A stretch of DNA of 62,462 bases, the filler included, from Sphacelaria rigidula (Eukaryota), in assembly GCA_964200075.2 (NCBI GenBank). It is 4 parts of 4 records of this genome, joined end to end, with 100 filler letters (N's around TTAATTAATTAA, not from the genome) between each part and the next. Parts side by side here need not be neighbours in the genome. Positions count along the whole stretch, not along the records: positions 15,644 to 31,185 come from CAXNAA020001705.1; positions 31,286 to 46,824 come from CAXNAA020001706.1; 2 more parts are not named here. One strand, 5' to 3'. A model generated the notes under the pieces. The model made no database searches. It saw only the letters and a program-made list of their open reading frames with translations, and was not told where the DNA came from. The position numbers were made by a program, and so were the translations under genes. Positions 26,690 through 40,300 of the stretch are shown one piece after another; position 1 is the first letter of the stretch, and every line of letters starts with the position of its first letter.

Positions 26690-29600
26690 AGAAGTCGCTG
26701 CTGCTGCTGCTGCTGCGCCTGCTGCTGCGCCTGTTGTTGCTGTTGCTGCGATGAAAAAAAAAGGGGGGAAATGGGGAGATGAGAGACGGCAGAAACACAT
26801 CGATAGGTGGGGAAAGGACTGCACGTCGTATCATACTTCTCGTCCTGCACAACCGAGAACCACGCTACCCACACACATTGTCAAGCGAGAAAGGGCAACA
26901 CATGAAGAACTGCCATTACATTCATCCTCAGGCAATGCATGAAATCATAATACACAACTCAGCAGCAGCAACGGACCTGCTGCTGGCGACGTAACAACAC
27001 TTGTTGGTGGTGGTGATGTTGCTGTGGTGTTCTGTACGAATCCGGGAGAGGGATGGGCTCCAGATCCGTGAGACTCGAATTAGTCGAGACATCCAAGGCC
27101 GCAGACAGCGGGGTACCCACCCCACCAAGGCCACCGCCGCTGGCGCCGCCCGTGTTGGACGTTGTGGCAGCTGCAGAATTCATCGAAGCGCTGGCGAGCG
27201 ATGAAGATGGCTGGCTTGCGATCGACTGCCCCGATGGACTGAACGCGTTTTGGTCAGCCGCCCCACCGGAGTACTGTCTCGTTACGACCGGGCTTGGGTG
27301 AGCAACGGGTGACTGCATGTACATGCCGCTCTGAGATTTAGAATGGTCGCGGATCATCACCTGTTCATTTCGACGTATGTAGAAAAAGGATGGTCGAGTG
27401 TCGTTTTCAGGGTCACCAAGAGAGCACAGGCTAGCGTGCCGAGAAAGGATAGTGGGCAAAGCGGTGCGCCGCCTGTCGACCCGAGAAGGCTGATTACATG
27501 AGCAGTGGGTATGATTAAAACGGGGGAATACCGACTCGGATTCGAACCACGGATATGCGTAACGTGAGAGCGCTCAGAACCAGCTCGGTATGAGCAACCA
27601 TCCTACACAATCAATAATTACTCACATCGATCTGGATCATGATATAATATTCGGTCGGGCAGACGACCCGTTGTGTGGGAAACGAGGGGGAAAGGCAGAG
27701 ACACCCACCTGTAGGGCGTTGCTAGCCTTGTGCACTCGAATCAGAGTATGCTCCAGCGACTGCAAACTGGCAGCTGACGGGACGTGGCCGGTGTCGTGAC
27801 AGCGATTGATGTACAGGAGCGCATTATGGCCCTCCTTCACATACTGGATCAGCTTTTGCACCTTTTGGGGGTGAGACAGTGGGATATATCGATAGTCGAG
27901 GGTGCTTTTCAGTACATCAAACTTCCATGCCTGTGACGGGCTTGGTCAAAATATTCCGCCAACACAATCAAAACATGCCGCAAAAGTTACTCCACAACGA
28001 ACATCTTGTTCGAACGTCCATAGCGGGATGAGAGTGCACGTGAGTCCCACTCGACAGCCCATGCATTATAGAGAACCAAGTCAAAACGTACCACGTTTCA
28101 TGTGTCGATCATCCACGAAACAACACAGAATCGTCTGCTTTGAACAACACACTGAAAAACAATTTTCGAGAGGATAATACGGGCTGAACGCGAGTCAGAA
28201 AGACCGAACTGATGTGGTGAGTGAAAAACGTCAGTCAGACGAATGATCTCCTGAGTTATCCCGAGAAAGCGCCGCGCCATATAGAGGAGTAGAATGAAAT
28301 CAGTCCATCCAACAAGTTGCCCACATGTCGTAAATGATTCTCGCAGTCACTGCACCTGCACAGCTCTCAGACTGCCTTCAAGGTAGTCATATTTCATTAT
28401 CTCAAAACTTTGAGAAGGGCCAAAAAAAAGGTAGGGGCACGATTGCCTCGACTGAGAGACATGTCATTCCCTGCTCCAAGGTATGGTGTCTTTGTCTTGA
28501 ACAGTTCCGAAAAGAATTGATTCATATCGGAATCAAAATGCCAAAACTAGGACCAGAAATGAAGTACATTCCTCATCAGGACAGTTTTGTTCCCAACACC
28601 GCATGTCGTCATTTTCTCAAGACACCAATAACAGAGACGCCCCGCCTCGTAAGTGGCAATGAGTGCCCGACACAAACCAAAGAATGATCCAGAGAGACAG
28701 ATCACCTTTTCTACGTACAAGTGGCTTACATGCCCACCGTCAATTCGGGCACTACATGGAAATGTTGAAATGCTCGCATGATCGTATGAACCGAACACAC
28801 TATCACAATTCTCGACAAGGTTTCGATACACATCATAGGCCCATAGCGCGTGTGGTGGGTTGTTAAACACCCTCACGAACCCCTGCTTCACGTGCATGCA
28901 GTCAAAGTACTCGACTGCTCGGCAGCTTCGATCCAACAAAGAAAGCAAAGCTAGACACGGATCAACAGTCCAACGACGAGACTGGCGGAAGCGACGCAAA
29001 GCAAACTGTCGGCTGACGCAACTTGCTCCCAAGTCTTCTTCCGTAGCCGTCATACACGATCGGCGTAATAACGTCAAGTAGAGCTGCCACACCTGTTCTG
29101 AGCTCTGGGAGGCAGGCCTAGTCTTGTGCAGCTTCTTCAGTAGGGAAGAACCGTGCTGCACGAAGTAGTGTATATCCTCCTGGTAAATGTTGCGGAGCTC
29201 CTCGGCTCGTTGGCTGAAGTATGTCATCATGACGCCCAACACCAAACCACAGGCAAGCAAAACGTACATGAGATGTAGAAAAATGCGTGAGATGCGTGTA
29301 TATATATATACTAGAGGGGGGCGCGGGGGGACTTACGCCTCACCCTGTACGTGCGGGGACGGGGGATTTGAAACCTTTGAAAATATGTATTTCAAACAAA
29401 ACGACTGAACTGTACTGAAATATGACGTGGTGTAATTCGAACGGATACGGACTGACGTGTACGGTACTTTGAATGAATCGTATGAGCTTTCAGATCACAG
29501 GTAACGGCCAACTCGGGAGCATATACTCGGGAGGATACAGCCTAGAAATGCTAGCCATGTTATGAGAGTAACCCAGCATTATGGGTCCTTGGCCACAAAA

Positions 29601-29844
29601 AATGTGGGATCTTCACGATGAAAAGATAAACAAACCCCCGGCAACAGTGAACCGTCGGCCGAATACAAAATGCGTCATCGGTCTGAACGAACTTAAATAG
29701 ACGGCTTCGTGATGAACGGGCTGGGGTTACCCAAGCGGGCGCGGAACTACTTCGTTGCTGCTCCGTTTTCACCGCTGGAGACATACATGTTGTCGAGGAA
29801 ATTCCGTCACGTGGTTCTTCTGTTTTCTCCCGTACGGAATCCAT
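21409..29844 (-). CDS. MED27: Mediator subunit 27-like protein with long poly-Q N-terminal extension, ~1330 aa. Exons 29844-29693, 29213-29093, 27861-27709, 27360-26977, 26745-26617, 26381-26139, 25845-25198, 24634-24209, 23779-23480, 23275-22160, 21729-21409.
   Basis: The last two exons give PWRTSQHTAFIRVSGHAYQ|ALHEF...FLHWMSKYDRLFQDPCKIANKLVATDAGTGEPLPPTLR. This matches the MED27 signature W-x2-S-x3-F-x2-V-x2-HA-x2-A...W-x2-Y-x2-LF-x2-PC...LPP-x2-R known from animal and plant MED27. All listed junctions are AG|exon|GT (one probable GC donor) and in phase. The 5'-most exons and start codon are less certain than the MED27 domain. Confidence 0.82.
25470..26745 (-). repeat. CAG/CAA-rich poly-glutamine tracts in three exons of the MED27-like gene
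   Basis: (ctg)n/(ttg)n runs on the + strand at ~25470-25830, ~26175-26355 and ~26645-26745, each inside an in-phase exon. Confidence 0.95.
27530..27595 (-). repeat. Degenerate tRNA-derived fragment in a MED27-like intron
   Basis: The minus strand has a B box/T-arm GGTTCGAATCC with a weak upstream A box; no complete cloverleaf. Confidence 0.4.
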
Positions 29845-32800
29845 TCTCTGACCCCGTGCCGATCTCGTACAGAATCCCTCGTCCGATCCGGCTGCGCCAG
29901 ACAATCCGATTGGTGACCACAATCGATGTCATCCATCCTGTACTGTACTAGAAATATCCATTCTTGAGTTGCCAGCATCTCACCCCACCATGCCGCATCC
30001 ACTTCTGATCAAGGGTACACTTCATCCCTAAAGTCAACAATTTCGTCAAGTCCTCCGACGGTCGAGATTTCTGGGCAATTCATTCATCCTAGACGTATTT
30101 GCTTATAGAAGTCAAATGATGACGCGAGCCATCACGATACATGGCCTTGCTGAAAAATAATAACCGAGCAACTGCTGGTACGTTACACTTCGATCGGGTT
30201 AGTATTCACCAACATTTCCACGAATTTCGTCGAGGATAAACCTTGAGGCCGCCGCGGTGGGTCATCTGCTGAAGCCGACGTCATCCTCACTGGAAAAAAC
30301 ATGAGGAGAATAACAGCCAGGTGAATTCTTGGCCACGAGGGTGATTGACCCGTTGAATCGGCATAATGTTACGCTTGCAACAGAGGTCCAAGATCCAAAC
30401 TGCATAACCCCTGGTCCATCAAACGGTCTACGCGCACAGCTCTTTGAGCTTTCATCTACTAACGATTGGCATCAGAACAACCAAAAAAGTGTCGAGAATA
30501 TGTATAGGTCCATCTAAGGCCACGCGGAGGGATAAGGCCGCCGGGTAATACAACGACTGTGGAATCCACCAATGCCGTATCACCCTTGTGCTGAATTAAA
30601 TCATGACTGTTGAGACATGGCTATCCATGTGCCGGCGCTCGAAGGGTGAACAATCATACTATCGTTTAAACCACACAATTTTGTTGCACCGCTCGAAAAC
30701 ACGAAGCAAAGTAGAAATGGGTTTGGAGATTTGACTTATTTTCCTTTCAAAAATCAGTTGCATAAAAGTGCTCGGCAACTCGGACAATTACCCCGGGCTC
30801 GCTTCTCCCACGCCATCTTTGAAACGCGCACAACAACCGACAAAGTTCGCCCGCGTTCGGTTGGCAAAGAATGGAGTCTTACAATACCGAGATTTCTAAC
30901 GCCCATCTCCACAAATGGCCAAAAAATAAACCACGCCCCAACATTCTTTGAGGAGTGTCAAATGGAGTATGATCAAGAGTGTATGTTGACCCTTTGAACT
31001 GGGATGTTAGTCATCCGGGTCCCGAGTCATTCCTGAAAGAGACAATGATGCCGATTCACCCTATAACCAACTGTGACGATCAAGGAGGTAGGCTGACATC
31101 CCCTTTTCATTATGAACAGTGTTTTCGTGAGATTGAGAGTAGATGATACGATTGAGAGTGAAAAGCGGTCAATCAGTGAATGAATNNNNNNNNNNNNNNN
31201 NNNNNNNNNNNNNNNNNNNNNNNNNNNNNTTAATTAATTAANNNNNNNNNNNNNNNNNNNNNNNNNNNNNNNNNNNNNNNNNNNNTGTAACCCTCTCCCC
31301 CTCCCCCCCCCCCACCCCCCCCTCCCGCCCCCAACCAACATAAATCCACAGTACATACATATAACCCCCCCCCCCCCTCCCCCCCCTCCCCCATTCATGT
31401 GTTTCGGACAACATCGATTGTACGATGATAGATTTTGACAGGAAAATGAACGACGATTCCCACCCCTCGAAACGACAGCAACCAAACCCATCCAGGGAGT
31501 AACAAGAGACACTAACTTCGAACTATATACTCGTATACACCGCAACATCCAACAGGTCAGTTGGACTTCCTGACATCCGACATGTACTTTTGATCAAGAA
31601 GCCCCTCCGCAGGCGTCGCCAATTTTTCCTGGCCATGTATTTGACTTTCCATGTGCAGTGTATTAGCCATCCACATTCGCGAAAGGTCAGCCGTCCGAGG
31701 TCATTTCAAGCACTCGTAACACTCATATGCATGGCGACAGAAAAATATGCACTACTTTTGTCACACCCAGCTGGCATCAGGATACCAACTAATGCCAACT
31801 GGCCGTGGCCTAGAGCACTTTCGACAGGGAAGCGTATACGAACATAAAATATCAACATACGTCCAAGAAAACGAACGACGAGCAAGAAATATCACCTGCT
31901 CAGCTTACCAACAAAAAACATGACTTGTCTGTTCACCTCGTCGGAGCTCCCTGGTGTACGTCGGAAATTAATAATAAAAAAAAAGTACTACAAAAAAATA
32001 AAAGCAAAAAAAGGTGACTGATGCATAAAATAAGCTTACACGCGTTCACACAACGGCGCTCTGCTGCTCATACACTACTGTATCACACATAATTGTCCTC
32101 AGTTGTCATCAACACGAAGCATCGCGATGGAACAGACGGGATGCGGGATTCGCCGTAGTTCGCACCATCCCGAAACCTCGTCAACTGGACCATGGTTGCT
32201 ATTCCATTTGACGGCAAATACCAGGAGACCTGTTGTCGCTAAATCAAGCTGTAAGAACTTGCCCAGCGTTGTGCATGTTTCTCAAGATTAAACCACCCAT
32301 GCAATTGCCAAATCAAATTTTCGGACAAGACGTCTAGAGCTGCCGCTGCTGCTACCTATTCTGCAAACAAGAAAAATTCCCCCAGCATCCGCGCGCAGGC
32401 GTTAGTCGTAATCTTTTCCCCATAAACCAAAAACAGGACTCTTCGAAATTCAAAGAAGAAGCTCACAAGGAATAGCAGCGCATTTTCCAGCGAGCTAGTC
32501 GATTCTTATATTTTTCATGTATTACTCGTAAATTGCATACAGCTGTTCACGGGTTCGCTCATCGTCACGTGCCCGTAGTGATGGCGCCTTACACTACTAG
32601 GCATGTCAATCCACTTGGAAATTTTGCGCCACGTGTTGATTTTTTTTCTTCAATCTCAGATATTGTGTATCAGTTGGGCATCAGGGCATTGAGGATGGGG
32701 ACGATGACTAGTACCTGCACACGAGGTGTGGGATTGACCACTAAAAAAATAAACGCTTGCGCGAACACGCAAAAGCCCGTTACACATCTACACAGCTACA

Positions 32801-34359
32801 ACTTACTGAACAAGATCAGCTCCTGGATCCACCTTTGTCGCGGGAGCAACAACAAAAAGTCCTGTCCCGTTGCCCTTTTTATAGATAAAAACATATGTAC
32901 CAAATGTTCAGTGTTCGATAATGCCGTCACGGCATGCTTTGCTCTCATCCTCCGCACCCATCACGCAGTCACGCCGTGCTGCTCAAACCATTCCAGTTGA
33001 GGTACTCCTCGCCACCGGCAACATATCATGTTGTGATGAGAGCATGTCAACATGCTGAGATAGCCGTCCGCATGTGCGCAATCCCCACACCATCTCGAGC
33101 GCTTATTCAGTCTTCAACAGGTACATCACTCGCGCTTTGGTATACCCGCCAGGAGTCAGTAATCCTCTTTTCCGCTCTCACCTCTCGTCATTGAAAACCT
33201 GTCAGTACGGGGGTGGGACGGTCGATGGGTTGGCAAGATGAACATGTTCCGCGGAAATGGCAAAAGCATGTGAACGCGCCCAAAAGAACGCTGCGGCTAC
33301 TGATACCACAGCGTTTGGATCTAGATCTTCGTCCGAGTCTAGAATTTTCCCTCATCGGTCCACCGCATATACTTCCAACGCATGCGGCCATACAAAGGAG
33401 CGTAGCATAGACCATCACACATGATAATGGCGGAAATAAAAGCGCGCGCTGGCGGGGGAGAGCTACGCACGTCACTTACTGTCTCTCCACACAATATAGC
33501 TGTATATATATCGCAGTTGTCTCCATCATCCACGAGAAGAAGAAAAAAAACGCCGAGGTGGGATGTGCACGGCAGCACACACGTTATTATGCGCAATGGG
33601 TGCGCTGGAATTCCCTGCAACGGCGGGATGCACTGGTGCACCAAGCTGATTGTGCGGTACATCTTCTGCAGACGACTTTTGAGGTGTAGAATCCAGGGAA
33701 TATAAATATTAACTAGAAAACACCTCCTTTCACCACAAAAGGCGGTGGCAACAGGGGCGGGGGGGGGAGGGGTTGCTTCTGTGGCAATTTTCACGGGCAC
33801 TCTTGAATACTCATATGCGTTTAATTTATCTACTCTAAAAACCATGAGGTGGGTGAAAACTCATCACCATTTCACCGCCCCGCCAAGGGAATATCCACAT
33901 TCTTCCCGGTTGCGTCTCGACAGGCGATCAGCTCCACCATTCGTAAGAATGAGGTAGTCAAGCGTTGTGCTTTTACGGCGAATACCTCGAATTTGACGAA
34001 AGTCAGATACAAATTGTGCCCAACGGCAAATGCTGGTCGACATTCAATGTTCGATTGTTGTCACCACCCACTGACGGCACTTTCGTTCGTCTCTTGCCTC
34101 GAACTCTACTGTTTGATGTGCAACAGAATCATTGGCGACGCTCACGTATGTGCGTCGCTGAGTCGGAGGCAACACGTCGAGAAGCACGCAACGGCGACAA
34201 ACATCGCCGTGGGGCTATCGCTACTGCGATTCTCCATAACTCCCGGCGTATACTGTGGACACGCACCCTTGCACTGGGAGATGAACATACTTGCACGTCA
34301 CCCAAGGCGGCGAGAACAACGCTACTGTAGCAACATTCAATCACCTTTGTTCAGCCGGT

Positions 34360-37300
34360 TCAGTCGGACTGAAGAGCTTTGATTGCAGCCTGCGCCGCAA
34401 TCGCCGCACCTCTAGCCGGAGCCTTCGGAGCTTTCGGCTTCCGACCGCGCTTGCGCGGAGCACTGTTGTCCTCCTCTGGATCGCCCCCGGCGGCAGCGGC
34501 AGCGGCAGCGGCAGCCCTAGGCCCATCTCCTGCTAGCCCAGCGCGGCTAACGTCCTCGAGAGCTTGAATCGCAGCCTGCACCGCCACCGCCGCACCTCTA
34601 GCCGGAGCCTTCGAAGCTTTCGGTTTTCGACCGCGCTTACGCGGAGCACTGCTGTCCACCTCTGGATCGCCCCCGGCGACAGCGGCAGCGGCAGCGGCAG
34701 CGGCAGCCCCAGGCCCCTCTCCTGCTAGCCCAGCGCTGCTAACGTCCTCGAGAGCTTGAATCGCAGCCTGCGCCGCCACCGCCGCACCTCTAGCCGGAGC
34801 CTTCGGAGCTTTCGGCTTCCGACCGCGCTTGCGCGGAGCACTGTTGTCCACCTCTAGGTCATCCCCGGCGGCAGCGGCAGCGGCAGCCCCAGGCCCCTCT
34901 CCTGCTAGCCCAGCGCTGCTATCGTCCTCGAGAGCTTGAATCGCAGCCTGCGCCGCCACCGCCGCACCTCTAGCCGGAGCTTTCGGCGCCCTCGGAACTT
35001 TCGGTTTTCGACCGCGCTTGCGCGGAGCACTGTTGTCCACCTCTGAATCGCCCCCGGCGGCAGCGGCAGCGGCAGCCCCAGGCCCCTCTCCTGCTAGCCC
35101 AGCGCTGCTACCGTCCTCGTGCCTACGGCGCTTACCGCAGTTTTTCACGTCGTCAGCCTCCGAGCTTGCCCTCAGTTCGCGCCACGACACTTTCTTTCTG
35201 CCCTTGCTTTCGCCATTCCCCATTGTCGTGTAATGCATCGATGCGCCCGAACCAGCCGCCACGTTTGAGTGGCCCGTGCTACTACCGCCATCGCTCCCGC
35301 CGCCCTCGCCTCTTCCGTCGCCGCCAAGTCTTTTACTCCGGCGGGCAGTCGATCTAGCGGGAGCACTAGTATTAGCGGTGTTACCACCAACACCGCCCCT
35401 TCGCAGCGACTCCTGCTCATTCCTGCCAGCCGTATGGTCGTTGTTAGAGGCTGCAATGGCGTCAGCTCTGCCCTTCACACGACCACGGGCGGGACCTCTG
35501 CTGCTGCGGTCCTCCGCCGTGTTTTGCTGGTATACCGGTGCCGACGACTTACAGGGCTCGGCGGCCGCGACGGTGATCTCGCGGCGGGAGCGACGGCTGG
35601 TAAAAGTTTGGCGTGCGGGAAGAGCGGTTGCGGACGCCTGGGAGGCCGTCATCCTGCGACGTTTGGGTGACCTTGCCTGGAGCCGCCGTGCGCGCGGGGT
35701 GGGACTGGTCGAAGTCGCCTTGACCGAGACTTGCGCGGGCTGTACATGAATCATGAGGGGATGACGATCAGGGGAAACACAGGGGGTTGCTGCGGTGTTA
35801 GATGGGGGGGCAAGGTGATGATAAGTTGAGAGACACAAGAATCTAGCTTGGCGTGGATTGGCAATCGCCAGTATTTTCGGAACAGCTTTCATACAGTACT
35901 CGAGTAGCTTCAGGTGTGCTTCAGTGTACGGTACTGACCCTTCATGCGCATTGATCTAGAACAGCTGTCCATTCGAAGCGATCTTTCGCTGGACGTGGTT
36001 AAGCTAGAATATCTTATACTATCGTAAGAACGTCATGGAAACTCGAATCTGGATACAGGCTCTAGACAGATGCATTTTTGTGCTGGGGCGGATCAAACCT
36101 CGTTCCGATGAGCCGGGAGAAAAAAAAGGAGTCGGACTTTACCAGATATCGCCACGAAATAAGTGGACCGGAAATGTCGTAGACGGTCGAGCGGACGAAT
36201 CATACGATGTGTCCATAAAAAAAAAGAAACAAGCGGGGGTACAGATGCCGGTCCTCATGTATTGCACCTGCCCCCACCCGAACAAGAGGCGTACAAGTGC
36301 CGTCAATCGGCTTTAGCTACAAACACTCCTACAAAGAGCAAGACAAAACACACATGCCAACACACACCCGTCCAGTTGATGTCGATCGCGGGACTTGTGC
36401 AATCGCTGGCTCCGATGCCGGCTGTTCTTTGTTGGAAACCGTGCCCACCCCGCGGTAGTACGGGTGCATGCTCGATAAGGCCGCCTGCCCAACCCCATCG
36501 TCAGAGAGGCCGATGTACAAGAACAAACCCAGAGCTAGAGACTTTTTTTTGCAGCACGACCCGCTCCCCCGTCCCCTTGAGGATCCACCACCACGAGAGG
36601 ATCGACGACGACCTGTGGCTCGGCGTTGAACCGTTGCAGGGGCAGCTCCTTCCTGCGTGGCGGTGGCGGCAGCGGTAGAGTCCTTGCCCCTCCCCGTGCC
36701 GCTTACACCTTGCATTGCACTTTGTCTATGAGTCATGCTGGTACAGCTAGATCGGCCGCGGGGTAACCTCTCGAGTTGCTCCCAAAGGTAGTCTTGTGGC
36801 ATTGACGTGGAAGACGTTGACGTCGATGAAGCAGAACCCGACCCATGGCGTTTCGATCGCACGCGTGTCCTCGAACGGCGACGTTTCATGCCCGCCTTGA
36901 GCGCATTGTCATCGGCACGGCGGGTGGTGCCGTTGTCCGGTCCACCCTCATCACCGCTGTCGCTACTGCTGCTGTTGCCGCTGCTGCTGCTGCCGCTGCC
37001 TCCGCCGCCGCTGCTAGTGGTGTCTACTCCTCCAGCTTCATGCGGTGCTGCCACATCACGTTCACGATCATGCACACGACCGCTGCTTCCAGCACAACTG
37101 TCGTTTAAAGACCCGGCCTGGTGGGAGGCTACCAGTATATCATGGACCTTACGACTAGCCGCTACCGCCGCTGATCTCTTGGTAGCTCTTCCTCCGCCAT
37201 TTGGCTCATCTCCACCACTGACCCGGTTGTCCCCACTAACTTGAGCCCCCGCCACTCCACCCCGCTTCCTGCTCGCCCGCCCGTTCCTATCTTCTGCGCT

Positions 37301-40300
37301 GATGGTGGCGACACCGCTCCCGCCAGCCGCTGCCGCTCCGGGGGTACCACCTTGGTTGTCCGTGAGTGTAACCGACGGTGCCGAGTGCGCCTGCGGTTGC
37401 TGCGACTCGGATTCCTGGGTTTCTTTGCGGCGCAATTCGTTGATGTAACCACGGAGATTCTGTTCCGAGTTGATGGCGAGTTCGAGGAGCTCTGTCGATA
37501 TGCCAAACGCTGTGCTCTTGTTCTTCTCGCGTCTTTTGACCAGATCAGCGAGCATTCGAAGCTGTTCCAGTTCCTGGGGAAGCAAGAGCAGGCGAGAGGG
37601 CAAAAGTGTGTTCAACGGTTCCAGAATTTCAAGATTTTATTCTCAAGGGGTACAGTGGTTGAAAGCCAGGTATTTACGGAAGTATGAAGAGGTAATATAT
37701 CTGTGGATGAACGTCCTTCTGAATCATACCGGAATGTTCGGTACACATTCCGGCATGTTTTAGTATGCCAACTAAAATTCCCCACTTTCGTGCACACCCT
37801 ACAGAAGACAACCTTGGAAAATTGTAGTAGCGCGGATAATTCAGGGGTACACAGAAGACAGGACAGCAAGACAGCAAATCCACAGGGAAAAAGCAAGCAC
37901 AATCGGCAACTGTTCTCGAGCTCCAGGTCGGCACCAAGATGCGACTCTTGCTTAAAAATGGCAATTTCGCCGTTCCTAGCAGAAGTACAATGGAGAGACA
38001 AAAGGGCGAAATACAGAGAGAGGTAGTCTCTTTGTAGCTTGAAATGCCGTCGCGCTCCGGCGGTCCGATTGGTATGTGTCCTAAATCCGGGTATGGTTTT
38101 AATCGTGGAAACGGTGAGGACGTGAGTAGCGTTTTTCTTTTTTTATTGAAGGCGCCACGGTGCGGGAGTGCTGACCGAATTCGAGTTCCCAAAATGCCAG
38201 GTATGTACCAGGGGAAACATGGGTCGATTTCTCGATACTATGGGCTTCTACCGAAGCAGGGGAGGCGTTGAATAAAAGCACGAGTGAAGAAAAAAATGAG
38301 GCACGAGTTGGACGTGTAAGCTCGAACAAGTTCCCTCCGCTTTTTCAATGTCCAATGGGGTTGCAATACGGCCACATACGCATACGCGAGACTTACATGG
38401 CGGCAGCGTCGAAGGAGCTCGTAGGCCTCCTTGTCGGCTTCGGGGTCCATGCCTTCGTCTATGTCCTCCACCTGGCAGTGGGGGGGAGGGGGGGGGGAAG
38501 GCTCATATGTACGAATACTACTAAGCGTCTACACGAAAACATACAACCTGGGACAGCATCTTCGCACAATACAAACTGATCACACAAACCAGGAGAGCAG
38601 ACCGAGGGTAGCGCGGACAAAAAAGCTAATGCTTCTCACCTCCCTCTGAGGATCTTCCACCCGCTCCCACATAACCGCTCCAGGAATATAGTGAAGGCAT
38701 CGCAGCATAGGCCCGCCGAAGCCCTCGCGCTTCGAGGCCCAGTACCGAAACACCTCAGCGAGGATGTCATCATCAATTTCTTCCATCACACCTTTGTCAG
38801 CATCATCCAGCGTCTTCGCACCCACAGCCCTCGCCGACCGACGCGGCTGTTCGTCCTTTGCCCGACCCTTGCCCTTCCATACTGAACCCTTTGCCGCGCG
38901 CGCAAGCTTGGGCGCAGAGCGCGCACCCCGCCCATGGCCTGCTACCACCGCTGCTCCTCCCGACGTCTCGTGTGCGCTGCCCTCCGTTCCCCGTGAAGTG
39001 GAGCTTCCACCGGCCGCAATCCCACCACCACCGTCCTCATGCGCCGAATGTGACCATGCCTGACTCTTCATTGTACTGTTGCTGCCGGGACTATGCGATT
39101 TTTGGAACGCGACGACGCGCTTCCGCAAGATAGACATGGCGACATTCTCCGTGAGGGCCACGGGCCCTTTCTGGTGGAGTTCGCTTTGAATCGTGGAGTC
39201 TGATATCACCTCCTCGTCAGAGTCATCATCAGAGCTTGATGCATCGCCGCCCCCACGCCCTCCTCTCCTAGAACAAAGGCTACCACCGCCACTGCTACCG
39301 TTACCGCTACCGGAGCCCGCTGTCTCGCTGTCTGTCGGCACTGCACTTCTCTCGCGAAGAGCAGCGTCCTTGAATCCCTTGATTATCTTTGCAATCCCTT
39401 CACCCCACTGACCCGACGTGACCTTTTCGCGTGGATGCGGTTTCTCGCTGCTGTGCATTGACTTGTCCGAGTTTTGCGAAATGCACGCGGCGAAAATATC
39501 GTCCGCCTCCGAACACAGGTCCTCCATACGGGAAGTGGACAAGTCCAGCTCCATGACCAACCGTTCCGACGACTCCATGAGATTCTTGCGCTGCACACAC
39601 AGAAAATGCAGGGCCACAGGAAAGGGAGAGAGGGGGGCAAAACGTACCGCAGTTGACAAAAAAAACGGACGCGCGTCACTCTTGCAATTTTGCTAATGCC
39701 AGAAGCAGAAGAAACTCATTATGCATGTAATTATGGGGTACAGGCGACCCATGCAAGGGCAAGACAAAAACAATGCCGGACGCACGTTCTTCAGTCCAAG
39801 CTGCTACACAATAAGTCTTGAAACCCTTGAAAATAACTCACGTCTCTCGCCCGGTCCTCTTGTCTCTCCAGTCGCTCAATCATGTCCTCGAACAGATCCG
39901 TGCCGATAACTGTTGACTGCTGCTGCCCCCTCCATTGTCCCCCTGACGCCTCCGCATTCAGCGTTGCAAGGAATTTGACGTCATCATCATCGACATCATA
40001 ATCGGAACCCGTCACAACATATGGGCGCGCCATAATTCGCGGAGGGTCAAGAGACTGCAAAGGGCTGGCCAACTCTTCGTCCCTCGGGAGATCTCTACCT
40101 ACGTCGGACGTGAAACCTCTCCCTGCCGTATCTGCCCCGCTCCTCCTTGAGCTGCTCCGCAGTCCAGCGGCCGACGCCCCCGCTGTCACCGAAGAAAAAG
40201 CGGAGACTCCGCCGCGCGGTGGAAGTGGAGGTGCCATGGGACCCCCACCCAACCTCGCCTCTGCAGACCCCGCCGCCACGAACCGCTTACGGCGAGCGCC

